Part shown: positions 53,201-62,454 of the stretch, piece after piece
Layout: each line of letters begins with the position of its first letter
How positions within the stretch are numbered: position 1 is the first letter of the stretch
Assembly: GCA_964016885.1 (NCBI GenBank)
Contig: OZ024741.1
Location: 19,158,001 to 19,222,000, forward strand
DNA length: 64,000 nt
Source: Eledone cirrhosa
Lineage: Eukaryota
Direction of reading: 5' to 3'
Program-made: the position numbers and the translations under genes
Notes under the pieces: model-generated
Told to the model about the DNA's origin: nothing
Seen by the model: the letters and a program-made list of their open reading frames with translations, nothing else
The model's database searches: none

Positions 53201-56200
53201 TACTCACTATAAACCTGTAATATCTCCAATATGTAGCTGCCTCTACTCAGTATAAACTCGTAATATCTCCAATATGTAGCTGCCTCTACTCAGTATAAAC
53301 CTGTAATATCTCCAATATGTAGCTGCCTCTACTCAGTATAAACCTGTAATATCTCCAATATGTAACTGCCTCTACTCAGTATAAACCTGTAATATCTCCA
53401 ATATGTAGCTGCCTCTAGTCAGTATAAACATGTAATATCTCCAATGTGTAGCTGGCTCTACTAAGTATAAACCTGTAATATCTCCAATGTGTAGCTGGCT
53501 CTACTAAGTATAAACCTGTAATATCTCCCATATGTAGCAGCCTCTACTCAGTATAAACCTGTATTATCTCCAATATGAAGCTGCCTCTACTCAGTATAAA
53601 CCTGTAATATCTCCAGTATGTAGCTGCCTCTAGTCAGTATAAACATGTAATATCTCCAATATGTAGCTGGCTCTACTCAGTATAAACCTGTAGTATCTCC
53701 AATATGTAGCTGCCTCTACTCAGTATAAACCTGTCATATCTCCAATATGTAGCTGGTTCTACTCAATATAAACCTGTAATATCTCCAATATGTAGCTGGC
53801 TCTACTCAGTATAAACCTGTAATATCTCTAATATGTAGCTGGCTCTACTCAATATAAACCTCTAATATCTCCAATATGTAGCTGCCTCTACCAAGTATAA
53901 ACCTGTAGTATCTCCAATATGTAGCTGCCTCTACTCAGTATAAACCTGTAATAGCTCCAATATGTAGCTGGCTCTACTCAGTATAAACCTGTAATAACTC
54001 CAATGTGTAGCTGCCTCTACTCACTATAAACCTGTTATATCTCCAATATGTGATAGCTCTACTCAGTATAAACTTGTAATATCTCCAATATGTAGCTGCC
54101 TCTATTCAGTATAAACCTGTAATATCTCCAATATTTAGCTGCCACTACTCAGTATAAACCTGTAATATCTCCAATATTTAGCTGACACTACTCAGTATAA
54201 ACCTGTAATATCTCCAATATGTAGCTGCCTCTACTCAGTATAAACCTGTAATATCTCCAATATGTAGCTGCCTCTACTCAGTATAAACCTGTAATAGCTC
54301 CAATGTGTAGCTGGCTCTACTCAGTATAAACCTGTAATATTTCCAATATGTAGCTGCCTCTACTCAGTATAAACCTGTATTATCTCCAATATGAAGCTGC
54401 CTCTACTCAGTATAAACCTGTAATATCTCCAATATGTAGGAGGCTCTACTCAGTATAAACCTGAAATATCTCCAATATGTGGCTGGCTATACTCAGTGTA
54501 AACCTGTAATATCTCCAATATGTAGCTGGCTCTACTCAGTATAAACCTCTAGTATCTCCAATATGTAGCTGCATCTACTCAGTATAAACCTGTAACATCT
54601 CCAATATGTAGCTGGCTCTACTCAGTATAAACCTGTAATATCTCCAATATGTAGCTGCCTCTACTCATTATAAACCTATATCTCCAATATGTAGCTGGCT
54701 CTACTCAGTTTAAACCTGTAATGTCTCCAATATGTGGCTGGCTCTACTCAGTATAAACCTGTAATATCTCCAATATGTAGCTGGCTCTACTCAGTATAAA
54801 CCTGTAATATCTCCAATATGTAGCTGGCTCTACTCAGTATAAACCTCTAATATCTCCAATATGTAGCTGGCTCTACTCAGTATAAACCTGTAATATCTCC
54901 AATATGTAGCTGGCTCTACTCAGTATAAACCTCTAATATCTCCAATATGTAGCTGCCTCTAGTCAGTATAAACCTGTAATATCTCCAATATGTAGCTGGC
55001 TCTACTCAGTATAAACCTCTAATATCTCCAATATTTAGCTGCCACTACTCAGTATAAACCTCTAATATCTCCAATATGTAGCTGCCTCTACTCAGTATAA
55101 ACCTGTAATATCTCCAATATGTAGCCGGCTCTACTCAGTATAAACCTCTAATATCTCCAATATGTAGCTGCCTCTACTCAGCATAAACCTGTATTATCTC
55201 CAATATGAAGATGCCTCTACTCAGTATAAACCTGTAATATCTCCAATATGTAGCTGCCTCTACTCAATATAAACCTGTAGTATCTCCAATATGTAGCTGC
55301 CTCTCCTCACTATAAACCTGTTATATCTCCAATATGTGATAGCTCTACACAGTATAAACCTGTAATATCTCCAATATGTAGCTGGCTCTACTCAGTATAA
55401 ACCTGTAATATCTCCAATATGTAGCTGGCTCTACTCAGTATAAACCTCTAATATCTCCAATATGTAGCTGCCTCTACTCAGTGTAAACCTGTAATATCTC
55501 CAATATGTAGCTGCCTCTACTCAGTATAAACCTGTAATATCTCCAATATGTAGCTGGCTCTACTCAGTATAAACCTGTAATATCTCCAATATGTAGCTGG
55601 CTCTACTCAGTATAAACCTGTAATATCTCCAATATGTAGCTGCCTCTACTCAGTATAAACCTGTAATATCTCCAATATGTAGCTGCCTCTACTCAGTATA
55701 AACCTGTAATATCTCCAATATGTAGCTGGCTCTACTCAGTATAAACCTGAAATATCTCCAATATGTGGCTGGCTCTACTCAGTGTAAACCTGTAATATCT
55801 CCAATATGTAGCTGCCTCTACTCAGTATAAACCTGTAATATCTCCAATATGTAGCTGCCTCTACTCAGTATAAACCTGTAATATCTCCAATATGTAGCTG
55901 GCTCTACTCAGTATAAACCTGTAGTATCTCCAATATGTAGCTGCCTCTACTCAGTATAAACCTGTAATATCTCCAATATGTAGCTGCCTCTACTCACTAT
56001 AAACCTGTTATATCTCCAATATGTGATAGCTCTACACAGTATAAACCTGTAATATCTCCAATATGTAGCTGCCTCTACTCAGTATAAACCTGTAATAGCT
56101 CCAATGTGTAGCTGGCTCTACTCAGTATAAACCTGTAATATCTCCAATATGTAGCTGCCTCTACTCAGTATAAACCTGTATTATCTCCAATATGAAGCTG

Positions 56201-59200
56201 CCTTTACTCAGTATAAACTTGTAATATCTCCAATATGTATCTGCCTCTACTCAGTATAAACCTGTAATATCTCCAATATGTAGCTGCCTCTAGTCAGTAT
56301 AAACATGTAATATCTCCAATATGTAGCTGCCTCTAGTCAGTATAAACATGTAGTATCTCCAATATGTAGCTGCCTCTACTCAGTATAAACCTGTAGTATC
56401 TCCAATATGTAGCTGGCTCTACTCAGTATAAACCTGTAATATCTCCAGTATGTAGCTGCCTCTACTCAGTATAAACCTGTAACATCTCCAATATGTAGCT
56501 GCCTCTACTCAGTATAAACCTGTAGTATCTCCAATATGTAGCTGCCTCTAGTCAGTATAAACCTGTAATATCTCCAATATGTAACGGCCTCTACTCAGTA
56601 TAAACCTGTAATATCTCCAGTATGTAGCTGGCTCTACTCAGTATAAACCTGTAATATCTCCAATGTGTAGCTGGCTCTACTCAGTATAAACCTGTAATAT
56701 CTCCAATATGTAGCTGCCTCTACTCAGTATATACTCGTAATATCTCCAATATGTAGCTCCCTCTACTCAGTATAAACCTGTAATATCTCCAATATTTAGC
56801 TGCCACTACTCAGTATAAACCTGTAATATCTCCAATATGTAGCTGCCTCTACTCAGTATAAACCTGTAATATCTCCAATATGTAGCTGCCTCTACTCAGT
56901 ATAAACCTGTAATAGCTCCAATGTGTAGCTGGCTCTACTCAGTATAAACCTGTAATATCTCCAATATGTAGCTGCCTCTACTCAGTATAAACCTGTATTA
57001 TCTCCAATATGAAGCTGCCTCTACTCAGTATAAACCTGTAATATCTCCAATATGTAGGAGGCTCTACTCAGTATAAACCTGTAGTACCTCCAATATGTAG
57101 CTGCATCTACTCAGTATAAACCTGTAATATCTCCAATATGTAGCTGGCTCTACTCAGTATAAACCTGTAATATCTCCCAATATGTAGCTGCCTCTACTCA
57201 TTATAAACCTATATCTCCAATATGTAGCTGGCTCTACTCAGTTTAAACCTGTAATGTCTCCAATATGTGGCTGGCTCTACTCAGTATAAACCTGTAATAT
57301 CTCCAATATGTAGCTGGCTCTACTCAGTATAAACCTGTAATATCTCCAATAAGTAGCTGCCTCTACTCAGTATAAACCTGTAATATCTCCAATATGAAGC
57401 TGCCTCTACTCAGTATAAACCTGTAATATCTCCAATATGTAGCTGCCTCTACTCAGTATAAACCTGTAACATCTCCAATATGTAGCTGCCTCTACTCAGT
57501 ATAAACCTGTAGTATCTCCAATATGTAGCTGGCTCTACTCAGTATAAACCTCTAATATCTCCAATATGTAGCTGCCTCTAGTCAGTATAAACCTGTAATA
57601 TCTCCAATATGTAGCTGGCTCTACTCAGTATAAACCTCTAATATCTCCAATATTTAGCTGCCACTACTCAGTATAAACCTGTAAAATCTCCAATATGTAG
57701 CTGCATCTACTCACTATAAACCTGTTATATCTCCAATATGTGATAGCTCTACACAGTATAAACCTGTAATATCTCCAATATGTAGCTGCCTCTACTCAGT
57801 ATAAACCTGTAATATCTCTAACATGTAGCTGCCTCTACTCAGTATAAACCTGTAATATCTCTAATATGTAGCTGGCTCTACTCAGTATAAACCTGTAATA
57901 TCTCTAATATGTAGCTGGCTCTACTCAGTATAAACCTCTAATATCTCCAATATGTAGCTGCCTCTACTCAGTATAAACCTGTAATATCTCCAATATGTAG
58001 CTGGCTCTACTCAGTATAAACCTCTAATATCTCCAATATGTAGCTGGCTCTACTCAGTATAAACCTGTAATATCTCCAATATGTAGCTGCCTCTACTCAG
58101 TATAAACCTGTATTATCTCCAATATGAAGCTGCCTCTACTCAGTATAAACCTGTAATATCTCCAATATGTAGCTGGCTCTACTCAGTATAAACCTGAAAT
58201 ATCCCCAATATGTGGCTGGCTCTACTCAGTGTAAACCTGTGATATCTCCAATATGTAGCTGCCTCTACTCAGTATAAACCTGTAATATCTCCAATATGTA
58301 GCTGCCTCTACTCAGTATAAACTTGTAATATGTGCAATATGAAGCTGCCTCTACTCAGTATAAACCTGTAATATCTCCAGTATGTAGCTGCCTCTACTCA
58401 GTATAAACCTGTAACATCTCCAATATGTAGCTGCCTCTACTCAGTATAAACCTGTAGTATCTCCAATATGTAGCTGCCTCTAGTCAGTATAAACCTGTAA
58501 TATCTCCAATATATAGCTGGCTCTACTCAGTATAAACCTGTAATATCTCCAATATGTGATAGTTCTACACAGTATAAACCTGTAATATCTCCAATATGTA
58601 GCTGCCTCTACTCAGTATAAACTCGTAATATCTCCAATATGTAGCTGCCTCTACTCAGTATAAACCTGTAATAGCTCCAATGTGTAGCTGGCTCTACTCA
58701 GTATAAACCTGTAATATCTCCAATATGTAGCTGGCTCTACTCAGTATAAACCTGTAATATCTCCAATATGTAGCTGCCTCTACTCAGTATAAACTCGTAA
58801 TATCTCCAATATGTAGCTCCCTCTACTCAGTATAAACCTGTAATAGCTCCAATGTGTAGCTGGCTCTACTCAGTATAAACCTGTAATATCTCCAATATGT
58901 AGCTGGCTCTACTCAGTATAAACCTGTAATATCTCCAATATGTAGCTGCCTCTACTCAGTATAAACCTGTAATATCTCCAATATGTAGCTCCCTCTACTC
59001 AGTATAAACCTGTAATAGCTCCAATGTGTAGCTGGCTCTACTCAGTATAAACCTGTAATATCTCCAATGTGTAGCTGGCTCTACTCAGTATAAACCTGTA
59101 ATATCTCCAATATGTAGCTGCCTCTACTCAGTATAAACCTGTATTATCTCCAATATGAAGCTGCCTCTACTCAGTATAAACCTGTAATATCTCCAATATG

Positions 59201-62026
59201 TAGCTGGCTCTACTCAGTATAAACCTGAAATATCTCCAATATGTGGCTGGCTCTACTCAGTATAAACTTGTAATATCTCCAATATGTAGCTGGCTCTACT
59301 CAGTATAAACCTGTAGTATCTCCAATATGTAGCTGCCTCTACTCAGTATAAACCTGTAATATCTCCAATATGTAGCTGGCTCTACTCAGTATAAACCTGT
59401 AATATCTCCACCATGTAGCTGCCTCTACTCAGTATAAACCTGTAATATCTCCAATATGTAGCTGGCTCTACTCAGTATAAACCTGTAATATCTCCAATAT
59501 GTGGCTGGCTCTACTCAGTATAAACCTGTAATATCTCCAATATGTAGCTGGCTCTACTCAGTATAAACCTGTAATATCTCCAATATGTGGCTGGCTCTAC
59601 TCAGTATAAACCTGTAATATCTCCACCATGTGGCTGCCTCTACTCAGTATAAACCTGTAATATCTCCAATATGTAGCTGGCTCTACTCAGTATAAACCTG
59701 TAATATCTCCACCATGTAGCTGCCTCTACTCAGTATAAACCTGTAATATCTCCAATATGTAGCTGGCTCTACTCAGTATAAACCTGTAATATCTCCAATA
59801 TGTGGCTGGCTCTACTCAGTATAAACCTGTAATATCTCCACCATGTGGCTGCCTCTACTCAGTAAAATCCTGTAATAACTACAAGTGTTACTCTCCCATC
59901 ACTCACTGCCTTCAGCTGGAATTTAACTCAACTTGGCAAAATAGTTGAACACCTGTTAATTGTGCACTGTCCTCTTTTATTACCACATTTCTAATGAAAG
60001 ACTACCTATAATTTTTTAAATAATCTGAGTTTAGAGAGATTTAGTAACATAACTAACTTTATTATTATTAAGACGGTATCTGGAATATAACTTAACAAAA
60101 GTTCTTACATATATATATGATGGATGACTTTTAGACAAATATAAACACTTTAACCCTTTAACATTTAATCTGGCTATATCCGGCCAGTATTCTCTCACCT
60201 CTTTCTGTTCAAACCAGCCGTAACTGGCCACTCATACTTATGTTAAGGTATTGTTTTCAAAATAAATAACATCAGAATCTCATTAATTGAATATTATGTG
60301 AGATAAAACCTTTACCGTGAAATTAGAATACTAAAGGGTTAAAATAAACAGTTTATTATTGCAGAATCTGAAACAGTTCCAGGAGATTTTATATCAAATG
60401 GGTTAAGAAAATATAGCTTTAACGACATAATTTAACAAATGTTCTTACATTAAATTATGGAAAGTTTTCAGATAAATATAAACTGTTAAAATAAACAATT
60501 TTGTGCCATAAAATCTGTGGCAGTTTCAGGCAGTTTGGTATTAATCGGGTTAAAGCAGTAAGAGGAACAATATTTTGCATATACATGCTCACAGCTACGT
60601 AGGTTGTCACCAGGAAAGTTACTCTCCAAGTTGCAAACCTGAACAAGGTGTATTTGGGAAGACCAGTAGTCAGCCATGCATACTAGCCTTCCATCCCCCT
60701 GTTACCGAATTTATCCAAGAGAAAGGCAAAGTCTAATACAGCTTTGCACCAGCATTGTCGCAACTCTTGTATACACTATATATATATGTGATGTTGTGCA
60801 AGAGAAAGGCAATGGCCAATACAGCTTGGCACCAGTGATGCCACAACTTCTATAGACACTATATATTCACTATATATAATCTATATGTGATGTTGTCCAA
60901 GAGAAAGGCAATGGCCAATACAGCTTGGCACCAGTGATGCCACAACTTCTATAGACACTATATATTCACTATATATAATCTATATGTGATGTTGTCCAAG
61001 AGAAAGGCAATGGCCAATACAGCTTGGCACCAGTGATGCCACAACTTCTATAGACATTATATATTCACTATATATAATCTATATGTGATGTTGTCCAAGA
61101 GAAAGGCAATGGCCAATACAGCTTGGCACCAGTGATGCCACAACTTCTATAGACACTATATATTCACTATATATAATCTATATGTGATGTTGTCCAAGAG
61201 AAAGGCAATGGCCAATACAGCTTGGCACCAGTGATGCCACAACTTCTATAGACATTATATATTCACTATATATAATCTATATGTGATGTTGTCCAAGAGA
61301 AAGGCAATGGCCAATACAGCTTGGCACCAGTGATGCCACAACTTCTATAGACACTATATATTCACTATATATAATCTATATGTGATGTTGTCCAAGAGAA
61401 AGGCAATGGCCAATACAGCTTGGCACCAGTGATGCCACAACTTCTATAGACACTATATATTCACTATATATAATCTATATGTGATGTTGTCCAAGAGAAA
61501 GGCAAAAACCAGTACAGTTTGCACCAGTATTGTTGGCAGCTCAGTTTTTACAGCTGAGTAGACTGGAGCAATGTGAAATAAAGTGTCTTGCTCAAGGGAA
61601 CGACGTGCTACCCTGTCTGGGACTGGAACTCAGCCCCATAATCGTGAGCCTGGCATCCTAATTATTTAGTACCTTGTAGAGCTTCATCTCCTTTATTTTA
61701 CCCAAAAGAATAACATTATCTAAGTTGTTTATTTAGTCAGTCCTAATTTCATTGAGGTTTTTCTTTCTCTCTTTTTTCAGATTATCAAAATCCTCAACCA
61801 ATACACTCCAGTGAGGGGTTATGAGGACGACACAGTGGCCATATCATTCATCCGTAAGGTCCAGGAGAAACTGGCAGAAAGCCGGGAGAACGACACTGGT
61901 ACTAACCTTCTGATGGACACACAGTACTCCTTCCCTGTCACCTTCCCATTCAACCCTTCCAATATAGCTCTGGAGAGGATCACCGTACCAGACAAACTAC
62001 ACTTGGCCTTCCTGAAGCGAGTGTGA
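9081..62026 (+). CDS. MYO5: Unconventional myosin V heavy chain, 3' part (12 exons; coiled coil plus globular tail/DIL domain); the 5' exons lie upstream of the window
   Basis: Manual splicing of 12 AG..GT-bounded exons (9081-9201, 18647-18724, 19917-20010, 29977-30123, 31385-31536, 31770-31859, 32265-32415, 33703-33815, 36291-36362, 37435-37520, 38503-38674, 61781-62026). All intron phases match and the 1522 nt read through to TGA. The peptide has myosin V tail motifs: [95 protein letters not shown]. Confidence 0.95.
9478..9656. repeat. 44-bp inverted repeat with ~90-bp spacer (likely Penelope-like fragment)
   Basis: aatatggaaaatgaagaatcagtgatgcatcggaacacaattta and its reverse complement at 9613-9656. 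Confidence 0.8.
9657..10000 (-). mobile_element. tRNA-derived SINE family 1, full length
   Basis: Reverse complement of 1861-2197 along its whole length. Confidence 0.88.
10171..10269 (-). ncRNA. Type I hammerhead ribozyme motif with intact core and extended stem II
   Basis: The minus strand reads aucuacaaau-CUGAUGA-gcuaucgauu...gaucgauugu-GAAAC-augc-GUC-acguguagau. Stem I aucuaca/uguagau and stem II both pair. Confidence 0.6.
10270..11300 (+). mobile_element. Cluster of ~5 head-to-tail SINE family 2 copies, with one partial inverted copy at ~11020-11115
   Basis: Repeated tggcagtatcggtagagc...ctgagttcaaatcc...gcctttcatccttacggggtcgataaaataaagtaccagta...ggccttgtgccaaaagtagaaac(att)n, with A/B-box-like motifs. 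Confidence 0.85.
11360..11377 (+). CDS. Candidate 18-nt microexon (LNSIAT)
   Basis: tttaatttcAG|cttaattcaattgccaca|GTATGT. Phase 0-0, matching the host intron. Confidence 0.35.
11785..11980. repeat. Two copies of an interspersed repeat fragment (gccccaggtcagccctgatcatgcagacctatgatcaa)
   Basis: Direct duplicate at ~11791 and ~11913. Confidence 0.6.
12268..12862 (+). mobile_element. Probable non-autonomous Helentron/HINE-type element
   Basis: 5' actagcagaatggcccggcg..., and 3' aagtttgaaaaaaatcggtt...acagacattctctgttttagatatatagat, typical of HINE/DINE-1-like termini (recognised from family knowledge). Confidence 0.5.
13368..13379 (+). CDS. Candidate 12-nt microexon (LNVA)
   Basis: ttgttgtgcAG|ttaaatgttgca|GTAAAC. 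Phase 0-0, with a TGCATG cluster downstream. Confidence 0.2.
13680..13880 (+). mobile_element. Degenerate SINE family 2 copy
   Basis: ttctgagttcaaatcctg...aagtaccagtc...ttgtgccacaatt...attatt. Confidence 0.65.
13874..14166. repeat. ~105-bp near-perfect inverted repeat (83-bp spacer); each arm carries a hammerhead-like motif
   Basis: Arms 13874-13979 and 14063-14166 are reverse complements with ~2 differences. Confidence 0.9.
13917..13952 (+). ncRNA. Minimal type I hammerhead-like motif (C3U variant); mirror copy at 14090-14125 on the minus strand
   Basis: gag-UUGAAGA-aucc-uuu-gggu-GAAAC-augu-GUU-cuc. The mirror copy has the palindromic loop acgu. Confidence 0.55.
14171..14815. mobile_element. 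Probable Penelope-like element remnant bounded by ~50-bp inverted repeats
   Basis: ttttgtttaatgcatttaattgctgacgatcatttcttccagacaaat and its reverse complement at ~14767-14814. Minus-strand 14656-14733 reads RVEEE...[12 protein letters not shown], weakly like a GIY-YIG C-terminus. Confidence 0.45.
15010..15664. mobile_element. Third RTE-type LINE family fragment with an inverted 5' segment
   Basis: Minus 15010-15340 encodes VEDFLYMG...[15 protein letters not shown]...[14 protein letters not shown]. Plus 15385-15664 encodes the downstream PKVSSK...RRLMIAGH...WEP...RGRP. Confidence 0.8.
15873..17697. repeat. 56/57-bp minisatellite, ~32 copies
   Basis: Unit ggtaattggaccacaactggggtgtgggtggaataaaatagataactggcccacct(t). 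Confidence 0.95.
18647..18724 (+). CDS. MYO5: Myosin V exon ([26 protein letters not shown])
   Basis: Polypyrimidine tract plus tctAG, donor ttg|GTaggt, 78 nt, phase 0-0. Resembles NL...HEITRLTNENL. Confidence 0.9.
18852..19049. mobile_element. TTAA-flanked MITE (piggyBac-like termini) nested in an older AT-rich element (~18740-19293)
   Basis: ttaaccttttaacattt...aaatgctaaagggttaa. A homologous copy lies at 60150-60342. Confidence 0.7.
19303..19790 (-). mobile_element. Stacked degenerate RTE/SINE 3' tail fragments
   Basis: Repeated ccatgcttgcatgggttagac, ggctggatgcccttcc and ctgggtgctttttgtcatgacac motifs. Confidence 0.65.
19917..20010 (+). CDS. MYO5: Myosin V exon ([31 protein letters not shown])
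   Basis: Acceptor ttctacacAG, donor gaag|GTatgt, phase 0 to 1. Resembles RKLKKQLKVFAKK. Confidence 0.92.
20399..20455 (+). CDS. Candidate 57-nt cassette exon of myosin V ([19 protein letters not shown])
   Basis: gttgttAG|...|GTAAGa. Symmetric phase 1-1, matching the host intron. Stop-free in the required frame, in non-repetitive sequence. Confidence 0.6.
20855..21882. repeat. 60-bp minisatellite, ~17 copies, with shorter deletion variants in the 3' half
   Basis: Unit cacaaaacatcatctgtctctagccacagtagaggccactggtcaaggagagtagtctct. Confidence 0.95.
21972..22176 (+). mobile_element. SINE family 2 copy
   Basis: Same head and core as 10752-10970. Confidence 0.8.
22480..23100 (-). mobile_element. 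RTE-type LINE (family D) 3' fragment with an internal 99-bp triplication (22617-22915)
   Basis: Homologous to 30410-30780 and 35628-35990. The minus strand includes [15 protein letters not shown], and EMGFL.RVFGV motifs. Confidence 0.75.
23715..24195. repeat. 40-bp minisatellite, ~12 copies
   Basis: Unit atatcattagatata(tgg/caa)taatgaaaggg(a/t)tagtatattg. Confidence 0.92.
24298..25905. repeat. Compound microsatellite [ctttca(ct)n(ca)n]m, ~1.6 kb
   Basis: Seen directly. The + strand has almost no G. Confidence 0.95.
26057..27163. repeat. 39-bp minisatellite, ~28 copies
   Basis: Unit caccaactccaggccacatcactcccacatgtggctgta. Confidence 0.95.
28022..29120. mobile_element. Cluster of degenerate RTE 3' fragments and tails in both orientations
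   Basis: Tail motifs at ~28022-28240 (-), 28283-28640 (+, RT C-terminal remnant), 28690-28915 (+) and 28960-29120 (-). Confidence 0.65.
29122..29349. mobile_element. Tc1/mariner-type MITE
   Basis: Imperfect TIRs cagggtgtcccccaaaaatgtataca / tgtatacatttttggggaacactct, in TA-flanked context. Confidence 0.65.
29455..29582. repeat. 128-bp spacerless palindrome with one mismatch
   Basis: Centre ggactaaa|tttagtcc at 29518/29519. Confidence 0.93.
29722..29950 (+). mobile_element. SINE family 2 copy ending just upstream of a myosin splice acceptor
   Basis: Head ggattggcagtatcagtagag through to the (att)n tail. Confidence 0.8.
29977..30123 (+). CDS. MYO5: Myosin V exon ([12 protein letters not shown]...[24 protein letters not shown]), start of the globular tail
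   Basis: Acceptor ttgcAG, donor g|GTaagg, 147 nt, phase 1-1. Confidence 0.93.
30410..30780 (-). mobile_element. RTE-type LINE (family D) fragment
   Basis: Minus [27 protein letters not shown]. Homologous to 22560-23100. Confidence 0.7.
30950..31282. repeat. Degenerate 24-bp repeat forming 48-bp dimers
   Basis: ggcaacatttcaaagctactgagc / agtataacatcaaagctactgcat. Confidence 0.8.
31385..31536 (+). CDS. MYO5: Myosin V exon ([51 protein letters not shown])
   Basis: Acceptor ctccAG, donor aag|GTaagg, phase 1 to 0. Contains the conserved PGLPAY motif. Confidence 0.95.
31770..31859 (+). CDS. MYO5: Myosin V exon ([30 protein letters not shown])
   Basis: Acceptor ttacAG, donor aag|GTgaga, 90 nt, phase 0-0. 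Confidence 0.95.
32265..32415 (+). CDS. MYO5: Myosin V exon ([30 protein letters not shown]...LDKLI)
   Basis: Acceptor cttacAG, donor g|GTaagt, phase 0 to 1. Confidence 0.95.
33015..33645 (+). mobile_element. RTE LINE family A 3' fragment, little diverged
   Basis: [18 protein letters not shown]...RPPMGTC* plus the full 3' UTR and (GAT)n. Very similar to 5952-6562. Confidence 0.9.
33703..33815 (+). CDS. MYO5: Myosin V exon ([38 protein letters not shown]), phospho-loop region
   Basis: Acceptor ttttccAG, donor att|GTaagt, phase 1 to 0. Confidence 0.92.
33822..33955. repeat. ~25-bp minisatellite, ~5 copies, directly after a splice donor
   Basis: Unit ccccctctttatccctactgagtct. Confidence 0.8.
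34144..34335 (+). mobile_element. SINE family 2 copy (short subfamily)
   Basis: Near-identical to 35259-35450 and 36084-36277. Confidence 0.82.
35259..35450 (+). mobile_element. SINE family 2 copy (short subfamily)
   Basis: Same head, core and tail as the other family 2 copies. Confidence 0.82.
35628..35990 (-). mobile_element. RTE-type LINE (family D) 3' fragment
   Basis: Homologous to 22480-22945, with a (GAA)n tail on the minus strand. Confidence 0.7.
36084..36277 (+). mobile_element. SINE family 2 copy whose tail abuts the splice acceptor at 36290
   Basis: ...agtagaaacaattattattattattattcatgtatttcAG. Confidence 0.82.
36291..36362 (+). CDS. MYO5: Myosin V exon ([24 protein letters not shown])
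   Basis: Acceptor tatttcAG, donor cag|GTcagt, 72 nt, phase 0-0. Resembles HGMDPELIKQVVKQ. Confidence 0.92.
36445..36962 (+). mobile_element. Probable non-autonomous Helentron/HINE-type element
   Basis: 5' actagcagaaaa...ttttctgctag hairpin and 3' ctttattatagtttagat terminus. Confidence 0.4.
36968..37196 (+). mobile_element. SINE family 2 copy, full length
   Basis: Head ggtggtggattggcaatattggtagag through to the (att)n tail. Confidence 0.82.
37435..37520 (+). CDS. MYO5: Myosin V exon, DIL domain ([29 protein letters not shown])
   Basis: Acceptor ctcttcAG, donor ag|GTgggt, phase 0 to 2. Confidence 0.95.
37630..38088. repeat. (CT)n/(CA)n compound microsatellite
   Basis: Seen directly in the sequence. 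Confidence 0.9.
38503..38674 (+). CDS. MYO5: Myosin V exon, DIL domain ([13 protein letters not shown]...[33 protein letters not shown])
   Basis: Acceptor ttccAG, donor cag|GTaaga, phase 2 to 0. Confidence 0.96.
38727..59877. repeat. 43-bp satellite array, ~21.1 kb, ~490 monomers, inside the last myosin V intron
   Basis: Consensus aatatgtagctg(g/c)ctctactcagtataaacctgtaatatctcc. Uninterrupted head-to-tail, with recurring 42- and 40-bp variants. Confidence 0.98.
60150..60342. mobile_element. TTAA-flanked MITE (piggyBac-like termini) nested in an older element (~59975-60552)
   Basis: ttaaccctttaacattt...aatactaaagggttaa. Homologous to 18852-19049. Confidence 0.72.
60650..61662 (-). mobile_element. 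SINE (family 1-related head and core) with an internal tandem expansion
   Basis: 61540-61660 matches the reverse complement of the SINE core (cagctgagt..ctggagcaatgtgaaataaagtgtcttgctcaagg). Confidence 0.65.
60787..61505. repeat. 99-bp minisatellite, ~7 near-identical copies
   Basis: gagaaagg recurs at 60901, 61000, 61099 and onward. Confidence 0.93.
61781..62026 (+). CDS. MYO5: Myosin V last coding exon ([16 protein letters not shown]...[39 protein letters not shown])
   Basis: Long polypyrimidine tract plus cAG at 61780. 246 nt to TGA. Resembles the MYO5A C-terminus (IVKVLNLYTP...[10 protein letters not shown]...LGFISRV). Confidence 0.96.
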   Translation: MIKILNQYTPVRGYEDDTVAISFIRKVQEKLAESRENDTGTNLLMDTQYSFPVTFPFNPSNIALERITVPDKLHLAFLKRV

Positions 62027-62394
62027 GCACACAATGCTGCTATTGCTGTTTCCCCCCCTCCTCCTCTTCCTCCTCTTCTTCAATTACTTCCAGTTAACTC
62101 AACACTACCACTACCACCACTACCGTACAGCTACCCACCATTCCCTGTCATTTGAAAAGGGTATCTCTTCTGTTATTACTATGGTGGTGGTGGTGGTTAG
62201 ACGTGATGCTGGTTGGTAGGTGGTTCTCTTTCTCTATCTTGTTGGCAGTATGAGGTGAGAGAGAGAGAGGGAAGAGGACCGGAAGAGAGTGAGACACACA
62301 TTATGTTTCTCTTTTAGATTCTCTCTCTTGCCCAACTTTCATAGTTCAATCATAAAAAAGATTAGAAGTAATTTTAAAATTTAAGAATTAATGA

Positions 62395-62416
62395 AATAAA
62401 TAAATAGAAGAATAAA
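62395..62416 (+). promoter_or_regulatory. Candidate polyadenylation signals (AATAAA at 62395 and 62411)
   Basis: Two AATAAA hexamers ~370-390 nt after the myosin stop. The context is AT-rich, so they could be chance matches. Confidence 0.35.
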
Positions 62417-62454
62417 GAAATTTGTTGAACTTGAAAAATAAATTTAGAAAAGTA

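Noticed and set aside
38727-59877. CRISPR-like regular array
   Set aside because: Units are contiguous with no unique spacers, there are no cas genes, and the context is a eukaryotic intron.
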